Source of the DNA: Fervidobacterium sp.
GTDB lineage: Bacteria > Thermotogota > Thermotogae > Thermotogales > Fervidobacteriaceae
Reading direction: 5' to 3'
DNA: 64,000 bases
Assembly (NCBI GenBank): GCA_049970055.1
Contig: JBMFNR010000002.1
Coordinates: forward strand, 436,406 to 500,405
The notes under the pieces were generated by a model, which was not told the DNA's origin, searched no databases, and saw only the letters and a program-made list of their open reading frames with translations. Position numbers and translations under genes: made by a program. Shown here piece after piece: positions 1 through 10,995 of the stretch. Numbering within the stretch: the stretch's first letter is position 1; each line of letters starts with the position of its first letter.

Positions 1-189
1 GATTACAGTGTCGAAGAAATCATTTCACAAGGTTTTGACGAAGAAACTGTGCGAAAAGTTGCTTTGATGGTTGATACAAATGAGTATAAAAGAAGACAGA
101 TGCCACCAGGGCCAAAGATAACTCACAGAGCGTTTGGAAAGGACAGAAGGTTACCGATAACCAATGGTTTCAAGGAATACAAAAAGTAA
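1..189 (+). CDS. nadE: NAD+ synthetase, C-terminal end (gene starts before window)
   Basis: Frame 1 reads ...[31 protein letters not shown]..., the typical NadE C-terminus; TAA at 187-189. Confidence 0.9.
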   Translation, partial: DYSVEEIISQGFDEETVRKVALMVDTNEYKRRQMPPGPKITHRAFGKDRRLPITNGFKEYKK

Positions 190-205
190 AATCTTCAAAC
201 GAAGA

Positions 206-670
206 CTAAATACCTTCGTTTTCGACATCGATGGCAACATCAAGTAGCACGTCGAGGTATTCTTGCCACAATTTTGCAACGTACATTCTTGTATAGCCCT
301 GCGGATCGCACTTTTCATCGCTTTTTGGAATGAGCATCCTGCAACTTTCAGGGCGCTCTTTGAAAGTAAGCTCACAACCAGTTTCTGTTAAGAATGTGCA
401 TTCGCCACTGTATCTATGATCAAAGACACTACCTTCAAAGCCTTTGACAGTAGGTCGCACAAAGTAAAGTTCATTTTCTTGACTGATCCAATCAATGGTC
501 CATCTTGAACTTTTTAGTGCTTTGTAGAGATTTTTTCTGATCTCTTCTTTGCTTTGACCAAAATCCCTGGGTGTTGCAGGGCCTGAAAATGTTTTACAGC
601 ACTTTCCACCGCAAGTTTTGCAAATTTGTGGTATTTCAATTTCAAACTTTTTTGTTTCTTCATTACTCAT
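206..670 (-). CDS. YkgJ-like cysteine-cluster protein
   Basis: CKTCGGKCC ... CTFL...C...ERPESCR motifs; GGAGG RBS. Confidence 0.75.
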   Translation of the reverse strand: MSNEETKKFEIEIPQICKTCGGKCCKTFSGPATPRDFGQSKEEIRKNLYKALKSSRWTIDWISQENELYFVRPTVKGFEGSVFDHRYSGECTFLTETGCELTFKERPESCRMLIPKSDEKCDPQGYTRMYVAKLWQEYLDVLLDVAIDVENEGI

Positions 671-715
671 ACATCTACCTCCAAATTCTGTAAGTGAAAA
701 AAGAGGTGGTAATTA

Positions 716-1273
716 TTGATTTTAGATAACTTTGAAAAAATATGCTATATGCCTTCTAAGAAAATATTTTTAGCACGTGCGGGTGCGCGCTATTCTGTAT
801 CGGTCTCAGACGAAAATTTCATGCAAATTGTAAATAGAATATATCTGCTCGGACTTGAGTGCGCTAAGCCGAGGGTGTATTGGGATGTTTTTATTAGATC
901 AAGTATACCAGATTACGCCATTCCAGGCAAGTTTTCAGAGTATGAAAAATTTGTCATTTTCGCATCAACGTTGGGTAACGAATTTGACGAGTGTCTTGAG
1001 AGAACATCGGAAAATTCAGTATTTGAAAGTATGTTGTTGGACTCCTGGGGATCCGAAGCACTCGAGGTTTTAAACGACAATTTTCAAAAGGTATTAGAGG
1101 AAAAATATTCTATTAAAACTTTATCCCGATTCTCGCCAGGTTACGAGGATTTAAATATATCAGTTAACAAAGTGTACGTTGATTTACTTAAAGCAGATGA
1201 TACAATTACCGTTTTGGAAAGCGGAATTATGATTCCTCGGAAAACAACAACATGTATAGCTCCTGTTATTTGA
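716..1273 (+). CDS. Stand-alone methionine synthase reactivation (AdoMet-binding) domain
   Basis: FASTLG, RFSPGYEDL and MIPRKTTT motifs; near a MetH that lacks this domain. Confidence 0.8.
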   Translation: MILDNFEKICYMPSKKIFLARAGARYSVSVSDENFMQIVNRIYLLGLECAKPRVYWDVFIRSSIPDYAIPGKFSEYEKFVIFASTLGNEFDECLERTSENSVFESMLLDSWGSEALEVLNDNFQKVLEEKYSIKTLSRFSPGYEDLNISVNKVYVDLLKADDTITVLESGIMIPRKTTTCIAPVI

Positions 1274-1287
1274 AATTTATAGGCTAC

Positions 1288-2271
1288 TTAAGCTTCTTTC
1301 TTTGTTATCAGTCCACACTCAGGACAACCGTTGTATTCAAACTGAATAGTTACATGATCAAACCCAAAATTCGAAAGTGTCTTTTCTATCCTTTCGTAGA
1401 TTTCCATACTCTTACTCACAGAGATATCCTCTTTTAAATTAACGTGTCCTTCAAAAAAAAGCATTTCATCATCAAGGTACCACATATGCACATGATGTAT
1501 ATCTTTAACTTCTGGGATACTCTTTAACTTATCTGCAATTTCTTTAATCTGTATATTCGAAGGAGAAGCCTGCATTAAGACACTTAGTGACTTTGCAAGA
1601 ACTTCAAGTGTTTCCTTACTAATGTAAAGCGCAATCAAGATAGTCAGTGCGGGATCTATCACGTAAACTTGAAAGTAATTAATTAAAATTGCACCCAGGA
1701 TAACTACAACTGAAGAAAGAGCATCACCAAGCATGTGTAAATAGGCCGATTTTATATTCATATCTTCCTTGGAATGATTTTTCAAAAATACCATGCTCAG
1801 CATATTTGCAAGTAATCCGATACTTCCAACAATAATTACAACCTTTGCATTCACAACCTGCGGATCAAGTAGGCGAACAATTGCCTCTTTGATGAGAAGC
1901 ACATTTATTACGATAAGTGTGACTGAGTTGATAGACGCAGAGATGACCTTTGCACGTTTGTAGCCGAAAGTGTTTCTTTCCGTTGCTCCTTTTTTAGAAA
2001 TTTTGTAAGCAAAGTAAGTAAGTACTATAGATAATGCATCACTTAGATTGTGCAAAGAATCGGAAACAAGAGCCAAACTACCTGCTACCACTCCGCCAAG
2101 GAATTCCGCAATAGTTATTCCAAAATTCAGTATAATCACGTAAAACAGCTTTACTCCACGTAAATTCTCTTGTTGTACGCGTGAATGTGAGTGATTATGC
2201 AAATGTTCACGCCCAGAAGCATTTTCATGTGATTTATGAGAGTGCTTATTCATGATAACCACTATATTCAC
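1288..2271 (-). CDS. Cation diffusion facilitator (CzcD/ZitB-like Zn/Co/Cd exporter)
   Basis: SLALVSDSLHNLSD and AYLHMLGD metal-site motifs, His-rich N-terminus, HHVHMW cytosolic domain. Confidence 0.92.
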   Translation of the reverse strand: MNIVVIMNKHSHKSHENASGREHLHNHSHSRVQQENLRGVKLFYVIILNFGITIAEFLGGVVAGSLALVSDSLHNLSDALSIVLTYFAYKISKKGATERNTFGYKRAKVISASINSVTLIVINVLLIKEAIVRLLDPQVVNAKVVIIVGSIGLLANMLSMVFLKNHSKEDMNIKSAYLHMLGDALSSVVVILGAILINYFQVYVIDPALTILIALYISKETLEVLAKSLSVLMQASPSNIQIKEIADKLKSIPEVKDIHHVHMWYLDDEMLFFEGHVNLKEDISVSKSMEIYERIEKTLSNFGFDHVTIQFEYNGCPECGLITKKEA

Positions 2272-2295
2272 TACCTTTCATATGTTATTCGTGAA

Positions 2296-2598
2296 CTACT
2301 TGTGTTTTAAGTGTTCTGCCGCCTGTTTGATTATGCTTTCAACATGTTCATCATCTATTGAATAAAAGACGTTCTTTCCAATTTTTCTGAACTTTACTAT
2401 CCTTCCTTGCCTTAAAATTCTTAGCTGATGAGATATGGATGACTGCGACATTTGCAAAGTATCGACTAGCTGAGAAACACTTTTTTCACTATCGATTAAT
2501 TGTAGTATGATCTTTAGTCGTGTTGGTTCGGATAGCAAGGTGAAAAATTCGGAAAGGTTCAATATGTCGTTATCGTTGTGTTGATTAGACGTGACCAT
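2296..2598 (-). CDS. ArsR/SmtB-family metal-sensing repressor (start moved to ATG 2598)
   Basis: EPTRLKI, SQSSISHQLRILR, and an alpha5-type site DDEHV...EHL; GGAGG RBS at 2607-2611. Confidence 0.9.
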   Translation of the reverse strand: MVTSNQHNDNDILNLSEFFTLLSEPTRLKIILQLIDSEKSVSQLVDTLQMSQSSISHQLRILRQGRIVKFRKIGKNVFYSIDDEHVESIIKQAAEHLKHK

Positions 2599-2615
2599 AA
2601 AAAATACCTCCAATA

Positions 2616-2671
2616 TATGAATGTATGTTCATAAATCAATAACATTTTACCACGTAAATGACTATTGTCAA
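2616..2671 (-). promoter_or_regulatory. Sigma70 promoter plus SmtB/CzrA-type operator for the arsR-CDF operon
   Basis: Minus strand TTGACA(2671-2666)-16 nt-TAAAAT(2649-2644); palindrome TATGAA-N6-TTCATA at 2616-2633. Confidence 0.75.
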
Positions 2672-2758
2672 CGAAGAAAATAGATATATAATTATCTAAA
2701 AATGAGGAATTTCAAGTAATAAATTGACGGTAAACTGAAATTTGGAGGTTGATGGAGT

Positions 2759-5098
2759 TTGACCAGAGAAGAGTTTTCAACACTAGTTTCGCAGCGTGTA
2801 CTCTTTCTTGATGGAGCTTATGGAACGGAGCTTTTTAAAAGAGGGCATGTTAAAGGTAAAGAACCTATTGAAATATTGAACTTGAAGGCACCTGAAAAGG
2901 TACTTGAACTTCAACGTGAATATGTGGAGTCAGGTGTTGATTTCTTACTGACAAATACATTTAGTGCGAATAGACATAAATTAAAGAAACTTGGTTACGA
3001 AGAGTATTTTGAAATTATAAATGTGAAGGCAGTAGAGACTGCGAAAGAAGCAACAAGGTATTCAAATAAAAAAGTTTACGTACTTGGTGATATTTCTTCT
3101 GTTGGTGAAATGGTCCAACCAATAGGTGAATTGGATTCCAGGTATGTTTACAAGATTTTCAAAGAACAAGCTAAATTACTTATTGATGCGGGTGTTGACG
3201 GAATAATAATAGAGACGATGAACGACTTAAAAGAACTGAAACTTGCTTATTTGGCTGTGAGGGATCTTTCAGATGTTGTTCCACTTTTTGTTAGTATGAC
3301 ATTCGAAGAAACTGGTGCCTCGGTAACGGGGACAAGTCTGGAAATCTACGTTTCTGTTTTCAATGATCTTGACGTAGATGCAATTGGCATTAATTGTACG
3401 CTTACTCCGGACAAGATGGTACCGTTGGTAAAGAAATTAGCTGTCTTTTCCCGAAAACCTATATTTGCAGAGCCCAATGCAGGTAAGCCTACGTTATCGG
3501 TGGATGGAAAGCTCACTTATAGGACTACTCCAGAAGAGTTCACAATCTATATCGAAGATTACGTAGAACTTGGAGCTAATGTTGTTGGAGGATGTTGTGG
3601 TACGGGACCTGAGCATATAAAGTACATGACCAAGGTGATTGGAAAAAGAAGATCAAAGGAGAGAAAAGTTGAAGAACTAAACGTTGTAAGTAATCGAACA
3701 TACATGGTAAATATTTCACCATTTCTTATTGTAGGTGAAAGGATAAACGCTTCCGCAAAAAAGAAACTGCACGAACAAATCAAAGTATTCAATTTTGAAA
3801 ACGTTTTAAAACTTGCAAAAGACCAAGAGAAAGAAGGAGCGCAGGTTCTTGATATTAATCTCGGACTTGAGAGCATGTTAAACATTGAACATTTCCGAAA
3901 GGTTGTCATAGAGCTCGATAGGATAGTGAGTCTTCCTCTTTCACTTGACATTCAATTTGATGAATTTTTAGAAGAAGCTTTATTTGAATATGTCGGAAGA
4001 CCTATTTTAAACTCTTCTAAAGCAAATTTCGAGGACTTAGATAGGAAAATACAACTTTTGAAGAAATATGGGGGTATATTAATCATTCTTGCTATGGACA
4101 AAGAAATTCCAAAAAGTGCTCAGAAAAGATATGAAATTGCTAAAATAGCAGTGGAGTACGTTGAAAAACATGGAATTAGTAGCAATCGTATATTTGTTGA
4201 TCCACTCGTTTTACCAATTGGAACCAACCAAGATTACAATGTGACACTTGAAACTATAAGATTGCTTGCAAGCGAAGGTATTCAGACAAGCATAGGGTTA
4301 TCTAATTTCAGTTTCGGTATGCCAAATAGAGAGCATCTTAACGCTTCATTTTTGGCACTTGCCATGCATTATGGATTATCTGCAGCTATAATGAACACCG
4401 CTGAATTAACGACAATGAACATACTCAGCGGAATGAAAAAGATACTAAAAAAAGAATCTACCGCGATAAATACAGAGGAAGTAGAAAATCTTTTAGTCAA
4501 GTATATTTTGACAGGTGACAGCGTAAACGCTGAAAAACAAGTGTTTTCGTATTTGGATAATATGACACCTGTCCAGATTATGCAAGATGTTCTGACGAAG
4601 GCAATGGAAGAAATTGGAAATCTGTACTCTACTAACAAGATTTTCTTACCACACTTAATATTGGCTGCTGAAACAGTAAAACCTATTTTTAATAAGCTAC
4701 TCTCGATGGTAGATGAAAAAGACTCTATAAAATTGGGTAAGGTCTTGCTCGCTACTGTGGAAGGTGACATACATGATATTGGTAAAAAAATTGTCGGGAC
4801 TTTATTGGAAAGTGCGGGTTTTGAGGTGATAGATATTGGTAAAGATGTACCGGCAAGTGTCATTGTTGATGAAGCGAAAAAGATAAACCCAGATATCATT
4901 GGACTTTCCGCTATGATGACAACAACTGTCATCCAGATTGGTGAAGTCATTAAAGCCTTGAGAAAAGCTGGGATCGATAAACCTGTAATCTCAGGTGGTG
5001 CTTCAATGAACGAAGAGCTCGCAAAACGTTTTGGAGCAATATACGCTAAGGATGCTCAGCAAGCAGTTGAGATATGTAAAAACATAACAGGAAAATAA
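2759..5098 (+). CDS. metH: Cobalamin-dependent methionine synthase without activation domain
   Basis: LDGAYGT, GINC and GGCC Zn ligands, GERIN pterin domain, GDIHDIG cobalamin motif; 779 aa. Confidence 0.95.
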   Translation: MTREEFSTLVSQRVLFLDGAYGTELFKRGHVKGKEPIEILNLKAPEKVLELQREYVESGVDFLLTNTFSANRHKLKKLGYEEYFEIINVKAVETAKEATRYSNKKVYVLGDISSVGEMVQPIGELDSRYVYKIFKEQAKLLIDAGVDGIIIETMNDLKELKLAYLAVRDLSDVVPLFVSMTFEETGASVTGTSLEIYVSVFNDLDVDAIGINCTLTPDKMVPLVKKLAVFSRKPIFAEPNAGKPTLSVDGKLTYRTTPEEFTIYIEDYVELGANVVGGCCGTGPEHIKYMTKVIGKRRSKERKVEELNVVSNRTYMVNISPFLIVGERINASAKKKLHEQIKVFNFENVLKLAKDQEKEGAQVLDINLGLESMLNIEHFRKVVIELDRIVSLPLSLDIQFDEFLEEALFEYVGRPILNSSKANFEDLDRKIQLLKKYGGILIILAMDKEIPKSAQKRYEIAKIAVEYVEKHGISSNRIFVDPLVLPIGTNQDYNVTLETIRLLASEGIQTSIGLSNFSFGMPNREHLNASFLALAMHYGLSAAIMNTAELTTMNILSGMKKILKKESTAINTEEVENLLVKYILTGDSVNAEKQVFSYLDNMTPVQIMQDVLTKAMEEIGNLYSTNKIFLPHLILAAETVKPIFNKLLSMVDEKDSIKLGKVLLATVEGDIHDIGKKIVGTLLESAGFEVIDIGKDVPASVIVDEAKKINPDIIGLSAMMTTTVIQIGEVIKALRKAGIDKPVISGGASMNEELAKRFGAIYAKDAQQAVEICKNITGK

Positions 5099-5128
5099 AA
5101 AGAGGGCATAAGCCCTCTTTTCTTTTTT
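5097..5128. terminator. Bidirectional intrinsic terminator
   Basis: AAAAGAGGGC-ATAA-GCCCTCTTTT between convergent genes. Confidence 0.85.
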
Positions 5129-5136
5129 ATTTGTGG

Positions 5137-5511
5137 TTATTTCCGATCTGAGCGGTGAGCGTAATATTCAGTTAATAGATCGAATAATTCATCTAATTCC
5201 TTCAATCTGCCTTCTTTTAACTGCTCAGGTAATGGAGAATTTTGAACGTTTCTTCTCATTTGATAGTACCTATACGAAGCCGCTGAGTAAGAATCGTCTG
5301 GTCTAAGTCCGAATGTTCTGAAAGCTTTTTGTAGGTTTTGGTTTTCTGTTATATAATTCTTGTATTTACCTGTTGTTTTTTCAAATTGTCTTACTTTTCC
5401 AACTTCAGTTGGATTTTCTGGTGCTGTCAAAAATCTCGCTATCAATATTAATGTGTAAACTATCAGGAAAATTGCAAAAAATCTTAATGCTATAAATAGA
5501 ATAAGAATCAT
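5137..5511 (-). CDS. Membrane-anchored protein with degenerate J-like domain (paralog 2)
   Basis: N-terminal hydrophobic helix; QKAFRTFGL...YRYY...LLTEYY resembles the adjacent gene. Confidence 0.6.
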   Translation of the reverse strand: MILILFIALRFFAIFLIVYTLILIARFLTAPENPTEVGKVRQFEKTTGKYKNYITENQNLQKAFRTFGLRPDDSYSAASYRYYQMRRNVQNSPLPEQLKEGRLKELDELFDLLTEYYAHRSDRK

Positions 5512-5545
5512 GTTTTATCACCTCGCTCAGAGGCTCCTTGTTAAA

Positions 5546-5959
5546 TCAATAATTTTTTGAATAGTATTCAGTAAGAATTTCGTATGCTTTGTTGAGTTCC
5601 AATAGCTTTTCGTCCCTCAGCTTTTCGTCCATTTTGATTTCGTTGATTTTCTTTACCAACTCGTAGTATCTTTCACTAACCTTTGTGTAACTTGCTTTTG
5701 GTGTCAAGCCAAATAGCAGAAACGCTTTTTGAACATCAACTTGAGTTTCAGTATTTTGAACAACTGACTCATAAGGTGACGCATAAGAAGGCTGTTTTTG
5801 ACTTTTCTGTACATCTTGTCTTGTCTCTTTTTTAGTTTCTTGCGGAATTTCTTTATACCTTTTTATAGCTTTAGCGATAATATTTACGATACTGAGGAAA
5901 AAGAATAGGAAAAAAAGTAACTGAATAATTACAAATACCAGTGATACTGGCAGAATCAT
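5546..5959 (-). CDS. Membrane-anchored protein with degenerate J-like domain (paralog 1)
   Basis: N-terminal TM helix; KAFLLFGLTPKAS...ERYYELVKK...ELNKAYEIL resembles J-domain helices, no HPD. Confidence 0.65.
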   Translation of the reverse strand: MILPVSLVFVIIQLLFFLFFFLSIVNIIAKAIKRYKEIPQETKKETRQDVQKSQKQPSYASPYESVVQNTETQVDVQKAFLLFGLTPKASYTKVSERYYELVKKINEIKMDEKLRDEKLLELNKAYEILTEYYSKNY

Positions 5960-7176
5960 TTAATCATTCCCTTTTGAATAATAGATTCACCTTCAACATA
6001 GCTTACGAACATTGCGGAAGATTTAACTTTTTTCCCAAGCATGTTATATATCAGCGGTTCTAAGTTAATGAACACACCTGCAAAGTATTTTGGATCATAG
6101 ACAGATTTGAAAAACGTCGTATCGCCTGCTTTGTATTTGCTTGGATTTACCGTATAAGTAATCATTCTGTCACTTTTGATGAGAATATAGCTTTCGAAAC
6201 CATTATCTGCAGTTATAACACCATATTTATCAGTCCCAATCGTGATATATTTTTTCACATCAGCTGGCATTTTGAATCCTGTACCAAAAACTACAGAGTA
6301 TGCTGAAACGTTAATGTTGGTGTTAGTGTTTTTATCCTGACTATTTGTGTTCATTACTTCAGAGAATACACTGCCGATATCTGCACAAGCATACATAGTC
6401 CCAGTAGTTTGGATATTTGTTAAGTTCAAAAGAGACGTTATTGCATCCAAAGTTGATTTTTTTAAGGCAGTTGGGATTTCCCTGTTCACAAACATTAAGA
6501 AATCTCCACCTATGTTTTTATCACTAAATATGTCGATAGGTTTTTTGCTTTGGAGTTCCTTTAAAGCAGATTTTGCTTCCAGCGTCATTGCGTCAATTTT
6601 TTCGTAGAATGATAAGCCATTGCCTTCTACTTTAATGTAACCATAACCTTCAAAGGATAACTTTCCATCAGTGATGTTTGTGTAAGTAACTCCAAGGTTG
6701 CCTTTTAACATGCTTTGTAAACTAGATGGGACTTTACCTCCACTTGGTTGTACATCCGAAAGTACAAAGTAATTTTCTATAAATTTGACTTTTTTCATCG
6801 TATCAGCTTCAAGGAAACTTTCGAGTATCTTTTTCATCTTTGTTGTGTTCTTAACTGGTCCAAGTACGAGTGTAACATTCCCATCTTTATTTGATGCTAA
6901 AAGCATTTCACCCATAAAGATGTCAAAATCACTCATCGTGTATTTCATCGATAGCAGTTGTTGTTCGAGGATACCTCTTACGAGTGATTCTAAGCCAACC
7001 CCTGTGTCTGACAAGAGTGTTTGACCAATTGGTGTTGCTTTAAATGCATCGTATGCCTTTGCCACATTTGGGATGTAAATGAGCATAGAATAATCTTTTG
7101 GCAGGAATTTAAGTGCATCTGCAAATGTAAATATGAACAAGAATACTAAGAGCCCTACTGTTAAAAGTTTCTTCAC
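5956..7176 (-). CDS. Exported hypothetical protein
   Basis: 406-aa ORF, signal peptide MKKLLTVGLLVFLFIFTFA, GGAGG RBS. Confidence 0.75.
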   Translation of the reverse strand: MKKLLTVGLLVFLFIFTFADALKFLPKDYSMLIYIPNVAKAYDAFKATPIGQTLLSDTGVGLESLVRGILEQQLLSMKYTMSDFDIFMGEMLLASNKDGNVTLVLGPVKNTTKMKKILESFLEADTMKKVKFIENYFVLSDVQPSGGKVPSSLQSMLKGNLGVTYTNITDGKLSFEGYGYIKVEGNGLSFYEKIDAMTLEAKSALKELQSKKPIDIFSDKNIGGDFLMFVNREIPTALKKSTLDAITSLLNLTNIQTTGTMYACADIGSVFSEVMNTNSQDKNTNTNINVSAYSVVFGTGFKMPADVKKYITIGTDKYGVITADNGFESYILIKSDRMITYTVNPSKYKAGDTTFFKSVYDPKYFAGVFINLEPLIYNMLGKKVKSSAMFVSYVEGESIIQKGMIK

Positions 7177-7217
7177 TTTCCTTCACCTCCAGTTTTTTTA
7201 AAAAGTTTTTAAGAAAT

Positions 7218-8342
7218 TTACATTAACTTTAGTATACTTACCACTTCTTTATTTGTGAGTTTCCTTTGATTTTGGTAATTTCCAAAATCTTCTTTCCCTC
7301 CACCTTTACCACCGTAATGTTCGACCAGCTTTTTTATGAACTCTTTAACGTTATACTTTTTCGACGCAATTGTGTACTTTGCGCCATCAAAATATACAAG
7401 TATGGAGTTTTCTAAGTTAGTATGTTTTGCAAGGTAGTTTCCTATTTCGAGATATCCCTCCAAGTATATTAGACCTTCCTTTGGTAAGTTCGTTGATAGC
7501 AGTTTTGCATATTCTTCCGAAAGTTTTGATAATGTCAAAGCTTGGTCACGTACTTGGTTAAGCAGCTTTTCTGTTCTTAAGCTTAACTCATCGATCGACG
7601 CTGTAAGCAATTTCGACAAGTTTTTCAATGTCGAATTGTATTTTTGGAAGTATTTAAGTGCACGAATACCTGAAACTGCGTATATCCTTGTGAGGTTCCC
7701 CTTAACTTTTTCCGTGTCGATGATTTTAATCATTCCGACTTCACCCGTAAGGTCGGTGTGAAATCCTCCACAAGCTGAAATATCGAAATTCCCAATTTTT
7801 ATAAGTCTCACTTCTGATTTTACTTTTTCACTAATTTTCTTTCTTAATGGATATGTGTTAGCACCTGATACGTCAGTTATAATCTCCTCGATTGTCAAAT
7901 TAGATTGTACTATCTCATTCGATGTGTACTCTGCTTCAGAAAGCACTTCTGGATCGATGTATGGCACATCTAAATCTATTGTTGAGTACTCTTCGCCCAT
8001 GTGAAAACCGACAGTTTCAATTTCTGCAATATGTACAAAAGCTGCCGATAGAATATGCTGACCTGTGTGTTGTTGAGCAATGTCTTTTCTTCTTTTAAAG
8101 TCAATTTCTACTTTGTACTCGCCCGGCTTAATTTTCCTGTCCAGTTCGTGAATAATCCAATCATCACTTTCTTTTACACTTAAAACCTTTGCACCATTTA
8201 TAAATCCTCTATCCCCAAGTTGACCACCTTTCCCATCTGGGTAAAAAGGAGTATTTTTGGCGTATGCTAAGTATTTTCCATTTTCTTCTCTAACATCTTC
8301 AATTCTTACTGTATCTTCTGTGTACAGTTTGAAAGTTTTCAA
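7218..8342 (-). CDS. AlaX-type trans-editing alanyl-tRNA deacylase with DHHA1-like tail
   Basis: TPFYPDGKGGQLGDRG, HTGQH and CGGFH Zn motifs, GGKGGG. Confidence 0.88.
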   Translation of the reverse strand: MKTFKLYTEDTVRIEDVREENGKYLAYAKNTPFYPDGKGGQLGDRGFINGAKVLSVKESDDWIIHELDRKIKPGEYKVEIDFKRRKDIAQQHTGQHILSAAFVHIAEIETVGFHMGEEYSTIDLDVPYIDPEVLSEAEYTSNEIVQSNLTIEEIITDVSGANTYPLRKKISEKVKSEVRLIKIGNFDISACGGFHTDLTGEVGMIKIIDTEKVKGNLTRIYAVSGIRALKYFQKYNSTLKNLSKLLTASIDELSLRTEKLLNQVRDQALTLSKLSEEYAKLLSTNLPKEGLIYLEGYLEIGNYLAKHTNLENSILVYFDGAKYTIASKKYNVKEFIKKLVEHYGGKGGGKEDFGNYQNQRKLTNKEVVSILKLM

Positions 8343-8356
8343 ATGTCACACCTCAC

Positions 8357-9769
<1,413 letters not shown>

Positions 9770-9785
9770 TTAGCTATTTTTTAAC

Positions 9786-10964
9786 TCAATTTCTTATAAA
9801 TACTGCAGGCACAAATAATTCTTCTTGAGTTAATCCACCGTGCATACCATTTAGCCGTTCTTCCCCACCGCCATACAGGTAAGTGAAGGCATAATTTTCT
9901 CTTGCTATCATTATAGCATCTCCAATACGATTAAACAACTCTGGATGTGTTCGCCCATTCCCAAAAAGACCTTTCTCAACAGCTTCTTTTGCACTCATAA
10001 AATTTACAGTTTTGGGAAAATTCTCTTCAAAATAAGCTCTGAGAAATTCAAAGTTAGTTCTTTTTGACAAATAAAAATACATCATTCTCATTTCTCCACC
10101 AGGCGGTGATGATAGGAGTTTGTTGAATGGGTCAGTTGATTTTAGAAAGTAATTATTCGAACCTGGGATTTGTATCATTCCATGATCTGATGTTATCACG
10201 AATAAAGTATCATTTGGCAAGTTTTCATTTGTAAATTGTTTCAATTCTTTGAGTATTCGCTCCATTTCTATTTCATATGCCTCCGAATCAGGACCTTTTT
10301 TGTGTCCTAAGCTATCCAAATGTCCCCAATACACATAAAGTATTCCTTCCCAATCTTCAAAAAGCCTTTTCTTTAATGTGGCAAGTAAGTCACCCATATA
10401 GTAATAACTCATTATATGTCCGTTTCTGTGTATAAGATAAGATAAACCAGAATTAGCAATCGACGAATGCGTTAATACACCACCGTAAAGTCCCCGTTCC
10501 TTTAATATGTCAAAGACGTTTTCGAATCGGTGCAGTCTTTTTTTAATCAACCCAGAGAAGATTCCACCTTCTATACCAGGGTAAGTGTGTTCTATCATAT
10601 TTACAATTGAACCAACTTCTCGAAGATACAATATATATCCCAAAAAACCGTGCTCTTTTGGAGTGCGCCCAGTGAACCAGCTTGTCACAGCAGCTACTGT
10701 CGTTGTTGGAAAAACACTTGATACTTTTAAAATATGCTCAAAACCTATTTTTTCATTTATCTTATTAAACTTCAAGTAACCCATACCATCAACTAGGAAA
10801 ACGACGATTTTTCTTACATTACGTAAAAACCCCTCGAATGGATTTTCGAGGGGAAATTCAGGATGAAAATGCTGGCAATTAAATGTTTTTAAGAAGCTTG
10901 AAACTAGATTCACTATACTACGATTATAATCTGGAAGCAGTTCCGACGATTCCAAATGAAGCAC
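9786..10964 (-). CDS. Alkaline phosphatase superfamily / type I phosphodiesterase
   Basis: VDGMG, FPTTT nucleophile, DSLGH, SDHG, GMHG. Confidence 0.85.
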   Translation of the reverse strand: MLHLESSELLPDYNRSIVNLVSSFLKTFNCQHFHPEFPLENPFEGFLRNVRKIVVFLVDGMGYLKFNKINEKIGFEHILKVSSVFPTTTVAAVTSWFTGRTPKEHGFLGYILYLREVGSIVNMIEHTYPGIEGGIFSGLIKKRLHRFENVFDILKERGLYGGVLTHSSIANSGLSYLIHRNGHIMSYYYMGDLLATLKKRLFEDWEGILYVYWGHLDSLGHKKGPDSEAYEIEMERILKELKQFTNENLPNDTLFVITSDHGMIQIPGSNNYFLKSTDPFNKLLSSPPGGEMRMMYFYLSKRTNFEFLRAYFEENFPKTVNFMSAKEAVEKGLFGNGRTHPELFNRIGDAIMIARENYAFTYLYGGGEERLNGMHGGLTQEELFVPAVFIRN

Positions 10965-10995
10965 CTCCGGATTTTGAACATTTTTTGAACATTCT

